DNA of 63,551 nucleotides, filler included, from Intoshia linei (Eukaryota; Animalia; Orthonectida): NCBI GenBank assembly GCA_001642005.1. It is 4 parts of 4 records of this genome, joined end to end, with 100 filler letters (N's around TTAATTAATTAA, not from the genome) between each part and the next. Parts side by side here need not be neighbours in the genome. Positions count along the whole stretch, not along the records: positions 32,216 to 52,370 come from LWCA01000694.1; positions 52,471 to 63,551 come from LWCA01001205.1; 2 more parts are not named here. One strand, 5' to 3'. Shown piece by piece: positions 51,543 to 63,551 of this stretch (position 1 is its first letter; each line of letters starts with the position of its first letter). The notes under the pieces were generated by a model. It saw only the letters and a program-made list of their open reading frames with translations, ran no database searches and was not told where the DNA came from. The position numbers and the translations under genes were made by a program.

Positions 51543-52370
51543 TCGTAAATTTTACAATTACATTTTGAACATTTTCGTCCAATAACATTTCTAACGAATC
51601 AACGTTAGCAATTAAAATATTTAAAGATTTTTCAAAGTATTCCTTATCTGAATCTATACAATTGTGTGTGATTTCATTTCCAGTGCTAAATTCAATTAAT
51701 ATGAAAAGTTAAAATGTATACACATCAAAAAAATAGTATGGTGTTTTTGACATAAAATGCATATGATCACATAATATTTTTAATAAATGTACAGTTTTTT
51801 CATTTTTACTTTCCTTGACGAGATTCATTATTTTTTCCATATGGATTTGACTAAAATTTAATAATATATATCAGTGACTTAAACGTAAAAACAAGTACGG
51901 TTAAAACGGATATGCCAATGCTGAAAAAAATTATTATATTTTTCTTGATATTGCGCGACATAAGTCTTAGGCAGCTTACACATTCTCATTAAAAACCACT
52001 ATAAAATTAATAAGGTGAATCTTGAACTTGAAATTAAATATCAGACTAATTAAAGAATGATCTCACCAATATATTACCATGCTGTCATGAACTACCTATA
52101 AAAATATACATTTTAATACGGTTTTGTTTGCGGTATTAAAAATATTGACGACATAAGTCTTAGGCACCTTAATAATTTCAATTAAAATTAATTAAATATC
52201 CATAAAAACGAAAAAGGTAATGAATTACTAATGATCTATTAATTAAAAATAACTATTTGTTTAGTAAACGACACGAATAAGCGAAAAATATAATGCCGTG
52301 TCTTAATGCAAGGAGGAAAAAAGTCAGGGTTTTATAAGTAAAACCTTTAGTATTTATCGATGTGCGTTTC

Positions 52371-52470
52371 NNNNNNNNNNNNNNNNNNNNNNNNNNNNNN
52401 NNNNNNNNNNNNNNTTAATTAATTAANNNNNNNNNNNNNNNNNNNNNNNNNNNNNNNNNNNNNNNNNNNN
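52371..52470. other. Assembly gap with TTAATTAATTAA linker
   Basis: N44-linker-N44. Confidence 0.95.
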
Positions 52471-52835
52471 GAACAAACATTGATTGGACATTTCGAAACT
52501 TTTAATTATATTATTATCGCCATTTATATATGTTCATATTACCGCATAGTATGAACATGATCAAAACTTGGTCCTTTCATGTTCATATAGAACAGAATTG
52601 ACTCTATATAAAATTAGTCAGCGGTTTTCTAGAAACTAGATTCTATTATTCTCAAAAAAAATGTTCATTTTCGATTTTGGCGGTTTATATTTTTATTAAC
52701 TGTGAGTTTCTATTCAGATTGTATGTAAGGATTATTGATGTATCTTTTATTTTTTATTTATTAGTGATGAGACCAAGCTTCTGAAAAAAAACAAAGAAAG
52801 AGTGGACCCGTGAGGTGAAAATGGTAGACCCCTAC

Positions 52836-53118
52836 CAGGGGCGGATTCAAGAGGCTAGTTAATGGGGTAAGAGCGAAGCGAGCAATATATTTAACTTCGC
52901 CAAAGGCAAAAAAATTTTTATGGTGTCTCTTTTAATATCAAGGCGTGTAGTTTGATTTTAAAGCGTCTCTTTTTTTCATTTAAACATTGTTATACAATAG
53001 TTTCCAAATTTGTATTTTTTCGCAATAAATTAAAACCTTTTTCAGTTATTTTACAAAACATTAATTCAAAATTTAGGAATGCAACTGCACCTTCTGCACT
53101 CCCTTGAATCCACCCCTG
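52836..53118. mobile_element. Non-autonomous TIR element
   Basis: CAGGGGCGGATTCAAG...CTTGAATCCACCCCTG; flanks cctac/cttac (possible 5-bp TSD). Confidence 0.7.
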
Positions 53119-56100
53119 CTTACAGATTTAAAACGTTTTTTGGTTCAATCCAGCGATACCCAAAATATTTTCCCGTCGTACTCTAATGAAGTAAAATTAT
53201 AATGTGTGTTAATACAAAGTTTAAAATTAAACTCATTGCCTGCATTATTTTACTTGAAGTCTTCAACAATGACAGTGATCAGTGAACATCTAATGTTGAA
53301 TAAAAATTAAAATTATAATAGTTATTCTAAATATGAGTCAAGATAAAAATTAAAAATATTATTAATACTATATTATTTAATATCATTAAATAATAAATTT
53401 CGTCCAGCCCCACTCAAATATTCGAAGCGCCCGAATTTTTAATGTATACTTATCAAAATTCACTTAATTTATTTTTAATTATTTTTAATTATTATTAGGT
53501 CTATTAGTGAAAGTCATGAGCCTTTTCGGTTGTTATTAGATTCCGTATCTTAAATTTAAATTTGGTTTAATACGGGAATGGTAAATATTTCATTTTTTCA
53601 CTCCAAATTTGGTATATGTCTTAGTGGGTAGTACATTAATCATATCCATGTTTAAAATAAAATCATTGGCGCCAATTAAGAATTAGGGGGAAACGCGCAA
53701 AAACCTTAAAAAGAAAAACCGCTTAATGTTTTTACGGTAAATTTTTCTAAAAATATATTTTTTAGGGGTTTTTAAGTACACTCTTCAGCGTGGTATAGAG
53801 TATTTTTAACAAAAATCAATTTTTGTAATAAACGAACAGCCCTACTGTACATAAAGTACTGTTATTAACAGTATATAAAAGTGTAAACAGGAATGATGTG
53901 TGTAAATATTGGCTTTTTTATTAGTTGGAAAATAACACTTTTTCTTAAATATAACAATATAAAAATTTGTTCGAAATGGTAAATATTAATAAGATTAGGT
54001 GAACAACTTAAAAACTGACCTAGAGTTCATAAATTGAGCAGAATGTAAATAAAATTGAGTAGCATGTGTGTTGTATATTATTGCAGTGAAATTTAGCGTG
54101 AACATTGATAAAATTACAAATATTAAATTTATTTAATTATTTACAAATGACTGAACATACTGAATGTAATTTTGTTTGCATTAATGACAGACGGATGCAG
54201 TAGATGAAAATAAATGTATATAATGGATTATACTTGATTTGGTATGGATATATGATAAATAGTATCAATATTTACTGTTTGAAAAAATTTGACATTAATG
54301 CGTGTCTTTTTGTAAAACACTACGCATGCCCCGCATAGATTTAATTGCAAATAATCCGCTATATAAATAAATTTTTTGAAAATGTTTTCCCACAAACATT
54401 AATTAATTAAAATTCAATCAATGACTACGTGATACGTGATACGTTATTGTTTTCATTTTTATTTGCATTGTTCAGATTGTGTCCATCTAATTCGTTTAAT
54501 TAATTTAATTAATTAAATGGAATGATTGAATTAATACAATTTAATAAAATATTTTGAATTTTTTGAATTTCACGAATTTTATAAAATATGTAAAATCGAT
54601 TTTGCCAGAGAGTCTTATATTGTTTATTACACACTAATTATTAACATTTAATCTTAAATCAAATACACATGTTCGTTTAACGACCTCTAATTTAATTTAT
54701 AAAATGTGCGTATAAATAAAATCAAAAAAGATTAGATAAAACAAGTGAATGTATATATTTTTACCAGATCAAGCCAATGCACATTGAACATATTGAACTG
54801 GAACCATCAGAATTTGATATATAATTATTTTGTAATTTTGAAAATTAGTTAAAACACGCAAAAATTATGTTAACATATTTATTTTTGTCAACGTACAATA
54901 CGATAAATGCAAATACTATGTGAACAATAATTGTATGCGCATTGCGCAGTCCAATTGTAACTGCCTAGTACATGTACTCACTACTCATATACTCAAATCT
55001 CTAATTATTAGGCGCTAATGCAGGCGTTACAAATATGCACAAAAATCAATTTTGAACCAACCATTACATTTGTTGTAAAACATGTGTGTTCGTTGCATAC
55101 AATGCAAAGTCTAAATAGACAATGCGATTCATTTGTTACAACATATTGAACCATAAATAGTTTAAATTAATATCAATTAAATTTACAATTTTGTTATTTG
55201 TGTTTTATTATACTCCAAATTACTTTCTATCAAATATATTCAACAAGATTATAAAAAAACGAAAATGACCAATAATCTCCACAATATTGAAGTAATTTTT
55301 TTAATTATTAATTAATTTTTACAATTTTTGAAATTCACATATTTGAAAATTTTTTTTAATTAGTAAATTTTCCCCAATTCACAGATTATCACATATCTAA
55401 CTTTTACTTTTTTATCATATTTATTTTTAATCTTTTATTCTTGACTAGACTATAACAAGAATAACTACCATATTGACATATTAATTAAAACTATCAATAG
55501 ATAAAAATACATTTTTACTACATTTCGTGTATATAATTTAGTAAAATTATATACTACCATTTTAATCCTTTGCGACATATTTTCATACATTAAGTAAATT
55601 ACTGCCAAATACCAATTACTCAATTACATTCCCATATAAATAGTCTTAATTGTCTAAATTGCCTAAATCATTAAAATCTTCAAATCTGCCATTTAACACC
55701 AACTTTAAAAATACTTGTATGTAATTTTAATTTAATGCATTTGCGCTTTTGAACTATTTATTTCTCAAAGTGAGTGTTTTTAATTATTTTTTATTTTAAA
55801 AATAAGTACAAGTGTATTATTATCATTTTTATTCACTTTAAAAGTCAATGGTATACAATTGTATTTAGTGGTTCATTTTTCTATATTATGAAAATTGTCA
55901 TTTTTTTATTTTTTAAATTTTAACATTATTAGTTTTTAGCATTTTTATTGATTTATCTTACTTGATTCTAAAATGTTTAATTTTCTAAATGTATATAGAT
56001 TAAATTTAATTTATATTTCCAAATTTCTCTTTTTTTTTATGAAATTATCCGAAAAAATTTACATTATCTCTTAATTGGTAAAATGATAATACAATCTTAA

Positions 56101-57237
56101 TACTATGTAATTACTAATGAATGTATTTTATTCTTTAATAACATATTCGAAAAGTATCAATTTCTAGGATAAAGTAAATTTAATTTTTTTAAGGTTCATG
56201 AATCATTAATTTAACTGAATTATGATTAAAACGGTGAAATGATTTTTCCCTAACAAACTATTATTTCTGTAATAACAGTGACCAGACTCGGTATCTTTGT
56301 AACTAATTACGCTACATTCAAAGCGAAATTCAAAAAAAACTCAGAATCCGTAGTAAATCAATCGAATATTATCGGAAGTTATCGAAAGAAATAGAAAATC
56401 ATCAAAAATGATTAAAAAAATAGTGCATATAAAAATGCAAAATTTTGTATTTTAAGATAAAATCGTAAAATGCGATTTTGACTGATAAGATTTAAAATTA
56501 AGTGATTAAAATTGGTATTAATCAATCCGTCTTGAAAACAGTATTAGAATTCATGCCTGTTAAAATTCTAGGATACTTAAATACCCATTAATTAGTAACA
56601 TACAAAGACCCAAACATTAAAGATATGTAAGATACAGACATATTATCTACATTTTATGTATATTTTATATGTATAATCTTTCATTTTTGTTATATACATT
56701 ACCAGGGGTCCTCATCCTTTTTGACGGGTGGGCACATTTTATAATTTGAATAGTTTCGTGGTATAAAATTTATACTTATATAATTAATTTAATTTAAATT
56801 AATTTAATTAATTTATTAATAAATTATTTATACTTATAAATTATACTTATAAAATTACTTCATAATCATAATGTATATTTTTTTAAATTTTAGGATTCGT
56901 TTGATTTTAAATAAAAGGATAATTGGGGTTTTTGACCGGTAATATGTAATTTTATGAGATTGAAATTTATCTTACTTTCAGACCCAGAAAAAAACTAATA
57001 GAAATGTGTAATTTTTAAAATTCTAAAATTCTTAGTTATTCAAATAAACGATAACACACAGACAAACGGACAGACAGACAAACAAATAATTTTATCTAAG
57101 TTAGTATAACTATTATAATTGAATGTGTATGCGTGTGTTACCGCTTAATTAAAAATCTAAGCATCCTAGAAACAAAAAATCCAATTCATCTCCGAAAGTG
57201 AAGGCTTCAGGGTAAAAAATCTAAACTACCCTTTTTT

Positions 57238-58120
57238 GGTGATCGGTCAAAACCGCGAAAAACATTTTCGACGTTTTCGATGTATTGATTTATTTAATTA
57301 AATTTTTTTATTTAAAGGATAAAATAGGCTTAAAAATATGTAAGGAAAATTTATAATTGATATTATCGTAGTACATGTCATCACATAATGAAAATACATA
57401 TTCAATTCTTTATTTTTCAGCAGTATTCATTATTTTTCTATGCAATTCTGCTTCTTTAATTGTATATTTCTTCTTGACATAAAGCTTCTGATTTAATAAT
57501 GTCCTTTCATACTTCTGTCGTATATATTCCTCTGCATTTTTTAAGGCATTGTACATGTTGCCTTTGCTGTAATATGAGCAATTAAATGATTTTTTGAATA
57601 TACTATGGAAGCCCTCCATAGCATTATTCGTTTTAGGAACATCGTTAGCCAACATGAATAAAGAATTCCAAATATGAATTATAAATCCTATTTTATAATT
57701 AAAATAATAGTATCTTTATTATATTTTTATCTAAATTATATTTCCCCGTCTGCTCCTCTTAAAACTCTTTCCATTGCAAATTTTGGAGATGTTTCGTTTT
57801 TTATTAAATATTCCGTCATCTCTTTCCTCTCTGTCAATTTCATGACCAATTCAGTATCAGCCCTATGGTTATAATCTGACTTAATGTCTACTATTGACGA
57901 CTGATTGATTTTGTAATCAACAGAAGATTTCATAGATGCTTGACATGTTTATTCGAGACAGCTTCAATAAATTACACTTTGAGTTTTTTTAGAAGACCTG
58001 AAAATGAAATTATCTTTAATTATTACCTCTTTCTTCTTTCGTGTTTCTGAAAAAATGAAAACCATGGTAATAAATTAATTTTCATTTAAATTAAAATTTT
58101 CGCGGTTTTGACCGGGTACC
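57238..58120 (-). mobile_element. Internally deleted Mutator-like (FLYWCH-MULE) element
   Basis: TIRs GGTxxxCGGTCAAAACCGCGAAAA...TTTTCGCGGTTTTGACCGGGTACC; flanking ctttttt duplication; minus ORF remnants with PKTNNAMEGFH (MULE catalytic E motif) and a decayed C..C...H finger. Confidence 0.8.
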
Positions 58121-59869
58121 CTTTTTTTAAATGAAAAGATTAGTATAATTTAAAAAAAGATAAATTCTGGACAAATTTTAAACCATTTTTAATCATCAAG
58201 AATTTATAGTTTACATTACGTTAATTTGTAATAATATTTAATAGTAATAATGACATTAGTTTTCATAAAAAACTTAAATTTCATTGATGGAACGAGGATG
58301 AGGACCCTGCTCTACCAGTTTTGGGATAATATTGAAGAAATTGTTAAAAATTATCTTTGGATGGTGTTTCCGGCTGAAAATTTTAGCTTTGTTAGTACAC
58401 ATTGCCTGGCACGGTGCTTTAGAACTCGATTTGTTGAATTATCATTAGTTACTGGTGGATTATTAGATATTTATATACACTGCATCTGCATGTTTATATT
58501 TATTAGAAAAATTTTAAGCCCATATGTCCCATAAGAAAGTCCCTTAGATGTGACTCCTATTTAAGTAATTTGCATATTACCATTTTACCAATTGTATGAA
58601 CAAATTGATAAATTTTTTATTAAAATTTATTAATTATAATGTAAACGTACGATTAATACATAAGCTTTTCTAGTTATCAAATTATGTTAACATTTAATGA
58701 CAATGTTTTATATTTAAATTTTGTATTTTACAAAATTTGTACAAAATGTAATAACAAACCCACAAATAATTTAGAATTGTACATTGATTTTTATTAAAAA
58801 TCAATTATATATAATAGATGACATTATATTATAATCTTTACATTTATACAAATAGATTAGTGTAATGTGAAATGTTGAAATGTTGAAATTTTTTTCGTAA
58901 TATTTTGAATTTAAAGTATTCATTTTAAAAATGTTTTTAAATTAGTCATTAAGAATTGTTCGTTTTACTAAATGCATGATTAAATCATTGTTTTATTAAT
59001 CAGATATGATAATATGCTTTTTTTGACATTATTATTTCACATTCATTTTGAGTTTCTTATATATAATGTCAAGTGAATGCATATGAGCTCATTGATCATG
59101 ATACATTGATTTAATGAGTATACGAATTTATTTATATCGATAATATTAATCAATTGTACATTTATTTACTTTACATTTTAAGTATTTAGACCTGCCATTA
59201 TTTATTGGTCAATGACATAAATTTAAGATTTTTCACTTTTTAACATTCTGCTTCTAATGAGATTATTTAAAAAATTTAATCAAATATTCCTTTAATTTGC
59301 GTGTTTTGAAATGCGAAATTGTAATTATGAAATACTATATTCGATCCCTTGTTAAGAGACATATATATTGCAGTCTACATTTTATATTCTCATTAAAAAC
59401 AAGACAAGTAACAAATACCAATAATACTACATGCTTTTGTCAAATCTGTTGATTAGTAATCAAATTGTATATTCACATTTGTTGCTTATGGCCTGTTCAC
59501 AATACAATACATAAATCAATAATATTAATAAATCACAATTTTGTGGTAAAATACAATGTTTCGAAATGTCCAATCAATGTTTGTTCAAACAAAATTGTCA
59601 TGTTCATATAAAACAGAATTGAGTGTATTTTACTTTATATAAGTTAGGATGTCGTTACTATTTAGTGTGCAAAATTTAAAATATAAAGTCAATAGCTTTG
59701 GAGAAGTAGACAATTCCCACGGTTCTTAATTCTTAATTCTTAAATTAACGCCTTATGTCAAGTTCACACCCACACGCGCGGTGGTACACGTTATACTAAG
59801 GTGTTATGGTTTATATAATGACGTATCGTTAGCGAAAATTTTTTAATTTTGGGAACCTACAGAATAGTT

Positions 59870-60083
59870 CAGTGGTTTTCAACCGGGGGGTTGCGAAATT
59901 TATCAGGTGGATCGTGAGAATTTTAACACAGTATAAAATATAAATAAAACTGAATATGCTTTTTTAATATTTTCATTTATGTGAATTTATAAAATGTTTG
60001 GGATAAATAGAAAATTTTTGGGTCGCGAAAATTTTTAATGTTTATAAAAGGGGTCGCGAACTCAAAAAGGTTAAAAACCACTG
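59870..60083. mobile_element. hAT MITE, copy 2 (inverse of 701-913)
   Basis: CAGTGGTTTTCAACC...GGTTAAAAACCACTG; TSD gaatagtt/gcatagtt. Confidence 0.9.
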
Positions 60084-61837
60084 GCATAGTTGGTTAAGCT
60101 CTGTCCCATTTCAAATTAATTTTAGGCACCAGATTTCTAATTTATTATGATTTTAAATTTTACTTTTTGCAGAGAAATTATAGCGATGGGTGATCATATA
60201 ATCACATAAGGCTGGGAAGCTTTAATTATATAAAAAAACAATGTAAAAATTTCAAATGCGCCCTTAGGGTGCGCATAGTCCGGTTTGACAACAACTAATG
60301 TAAATAAGAATGAAAAAGGTTGTCGAATTCTACTTTAGCTAGTGACACTAAAGTGAGCAGCGCGAAATATTTCGAAAATTTTTTACGAAAATTTTTTACC
60401 AGGGTAACCGGCATTTTTTTACTTCTACAAGGGTGGTGCTAAAAGACGTCAGATAACAACTTTCTTGATCATATACGCTCGAAAGGAAAATCGAATAAAC
60501 TTAAAATTACCAATACAATATTTATTTACAAAACTAAAAATTTTTTTAAATTTGACGATTACGTTATAAAAATTTTTTTCAGGTCTTTAATCTAGCGTAA
60601 AATGTTTCTAAAATTTAATTCAGTTTAATTTGGTTTCCATTGAAGTTAGATTTAATAATAATTGTTATTATATTGAATAGATTTAGATTGTATGACATAA
60701 TTCTAAATTTTAAATTAAAAAAAGCAATTTACTTAGTCATGTTTTAGTAAATGTAGGAAAAGTAATTTTAATAAAAGTATTATACTAATCAAGTAAAATG
60801 TATCATTGACATAAAATTTTTGGATCAATTGTATTCATTTTAATTACACAATTTTAATATCAAAGACAATTTTTTACACTTTAATTTGTTGTAATTAAGT
60901 AAATAAGTTTTATAATTATCTAAAATGTCGTTACAAAGATTATTTGGATGATAGATATGTAATTTAAAAATATTAAAATTTACATAAAATTTGGTAATTT
61001 TCATTTTATACCACAAAAACCTACCACAAATACTAAGAAACAGTTCCACAGGTTAAAAATGAAATGTGTTTATGATAATACGTAAATGACCCATAATATA
61101 AATTAGTTACCCATTTATAATATTTTTAGAATAACAAATGTTATAAAACAATTTTTCGACATTTGAAATTTAAAAATGTTTAAATTTGTAATTTGTAATT
61201 TGTATTTAATGGTTTCTTATAATCTATATCATTAACCTTTCTCTAGTAAAAATACCATGATAAATGTGTTTCAATGTATTTCAACCTTAAAATAAATCCA
61301 TTAAAAGATAAGTGTAAAATGCTGATCATTGTTTTAAAATGTTAAAAATAAAATAATCAGTTTATATTTTTAAAATAAATTTTGATAATAAACATGTCAA
61401 TTTAAAAATTTAATTAGAATTGTGAATAAATGAAAAGAATAAAAATGAGAAAAATTATATTGATATCATATATAACTTTATGAATAGTAAACATTGATCA
61501 ACTATTGTATACATGCCATAAAAATTACATTGTTTTGTAATAAAACGTATCAATATGTGACGATTAAATTTATAGAAATAAAAAAAATTGGTGAAAATGA
61601 CTTTCCGATGGCAGGTAGTAAATTTTATTGCATTTATCAATTAAAGCTACAAAAATATGTATAAACATGCAGCCTACAGTGTAATGTCTAGGTTAATTTG
61701 TTTTTGAATGTGATAAATGTATGAATAAAGAATTATCAAAATTGGTTTATAAATAGCCTGTCAAAAAGCGTTTTATTAAATTGTAAAAGTTAAAATTATC
61801 AATTGACTTTTTTAAATCATTTAATTAGTTTACTTAG

Positions 61838-63016
61838 ATGAATTCATTGCAAATGAATCAAAAATTTGAATCTGCGTCTTTTTATCCTAAAGAGATGAAC
61901 GTTACAGGAAAAAACACTAATATCACTTTAAATGCATCAGGAATACCGACCATACCATCCTCAACCGTTCCAATTTCGGAAAATATCAATACATCTGATT
62001 TTGACGCTCAAAAATCTTTTACTCAATTTCGATCTAGTCACGATTTACAATATAAAATTAAGAATAATTTTTCACCTTTTCATTTACAAAATCATAATCA
62101 AGAGTTTAATTTTGCAGAATTTATGAATAACATTAAAAAAAAAGCGAATTATCCCAATTCTAGTGACGTACCTGATATATTACCAATTTACAAGCCTATT
62201 GATTCTTTCCACTCAATTAACGGATTGTCTGTCAATATGCCGATGGCCATTATGCAAAACAAATGCACAAATTATGTGATTTTTATTTTATTTATTTTTA
62301 ATTGAAAATTTTTTTCTAATTTTAATATTTGATTTTAGACCCCAAATGACGTGCAAATGGCTAACCATTACATGAACTACCCAATTCAAACAAACAATTA
62401 CGACTCTATTCAAGCCCGTCAATACGGAGCAAATGAATTTATGATGAAAAATTTATTGATGAATGTTCAGGATCCAACTAGAGCTGATTTTGCTGCGGCT
62501 GCAGCAACCGAATACGCTAACGCTCGACGTAAAAACGCGACCAGAGAAACAACAAACACTCTTAAAGCGTGGTTATATGAACATCGCAAAAATCCGTATC
62601 CAACGAAAGGTGAAAAAATAATGCTAGCTATAATTACTAAAATGACACTGACACAAGTTTCCACGTGGTTTGCAAATGCTCGGAGACGCTTGAAAAAAGA
62701 ATCCAAAATAAATTACAATTCTGACGGTAGTGACGATGAAACCGACTTTTTAAATTCTTCCCGAGTCGATAATGAAACTGAAAATAGTCCCAAAAACAAT
62801 AGTGTGAAAAGTTATATAAGTGAAAGTTTAGTCAATGATGATAATAATAAAAATGGAAATGAATCCGATAAAACTCAAATCATTCAACCGAATGAATTTA
62901 ATCAAAATATAATGAATACAGAATCTACTGAAAAAATTGTACAGAAAAATAAACGCCCAGTAGGTAGCATTTGGTCCATTGAAGAAATAACAGGATCAAA
63001 ATTAAAAAAAATGTAA
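61838..63016 (+). CDS. irx: Iroquois-class TALE homeobox protein
   Basis: Two exons (intron 62276-62338); homeodomain [59 protein letters not shown], acidic patch, and an IRO-box-like IWSIEEI near the C-terminus. Confidence 0.96.
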
Positions 63017-63551
63017 ATTATGTATTTTCAAATTTAAATTGTTTAATTTGTGCAATAAATAATGTATTCAAAAATTCCCATTCACCTTTTTTATTCTTTC
63101 AATGTATATTTAGCTCATTTTCTCATTACATTTACGTGTACAAGAACATTTTATTGTATTTTGCTCATTTATTAATTTACATGTTGTTTCTTTATAAATT
63201 TAAATTTCTTTGATAATTATAATTGTTGTGGTACATTGTACATTATATTTTTGGCAAAATTTTTAATAAATAATAATTTTTATTTGTTTAATGATTTCAA
63301 TATTAGTGTTTTATTGTTTTGATACAATTAATGTCTATTATTATTTCATTACATTATTTTTTAATTTACGTTTACTCACCTTTTGAAAACAATAAGATTA
63401 TGATAATTTAGCTGGTTATTTGTTTTGTACTGTGTATAATGTACAAACACTGGATATTTTGGCGAAGGCTGATGTTTTAACATTTAAAAAAACTTTTAAA
63501 ATTAAATAAAAATAAAAATTTTCACAAAAGAAAATAGAAACTAAAATAAAA

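Noticed and set aside
58250-58534. 94-aa ORF next to the MULE
   Set aside because: No recognisable motif or supporting splice structure; left uncalled.

Overview
AT-rich animal genomic DNA with tightly packed genes, many tiny (~31-45 nt) GT-AG introns, and some introns inflated by transposons. The style fits a reduced invertebrate such as an orthonectid (Intoshia-like); this is inference, not proven. Genes assembled by hand across introns: RPB3/POLR2C (-), BET1 SNARE (+), a lachesin-like 3-Ig GPI protein (+), SUCLA2 (+), innexin (-), capicua (-), NSFL1C/p47 (+), TXNDC9 (+), the 3' half of a CTD small phosphatase (+), AP-2 alpha (+), CPSF1 (-, with a tRNA-Thr(CGT) in an intron) and an Iroquois homeobox gene (+) behind a ~10 kb gene-poor stretch. 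Repeats include hAT MITEs with nnnTAnnn TSDs, decayed Tc1 and hAT transposases, an internally deleted MULE, a foldback element, a Helitron-like family and a ~672 bp tandem. Three 100-bp gaps carry an artificial TTAATTAATTAA linker. The top candidate for novelty is missed by the ORF track and lies in the 24-30 kb repeat block. It is a small signal-peptide, Cys-rich gene with two duplicated symmetric exons that are only ~60% identical, while the intron DNA flanking them is ~95% identical. All Cys and Trp codons are unchanged, which suggests a hypervariable exon-cassette surface or secreted protein.
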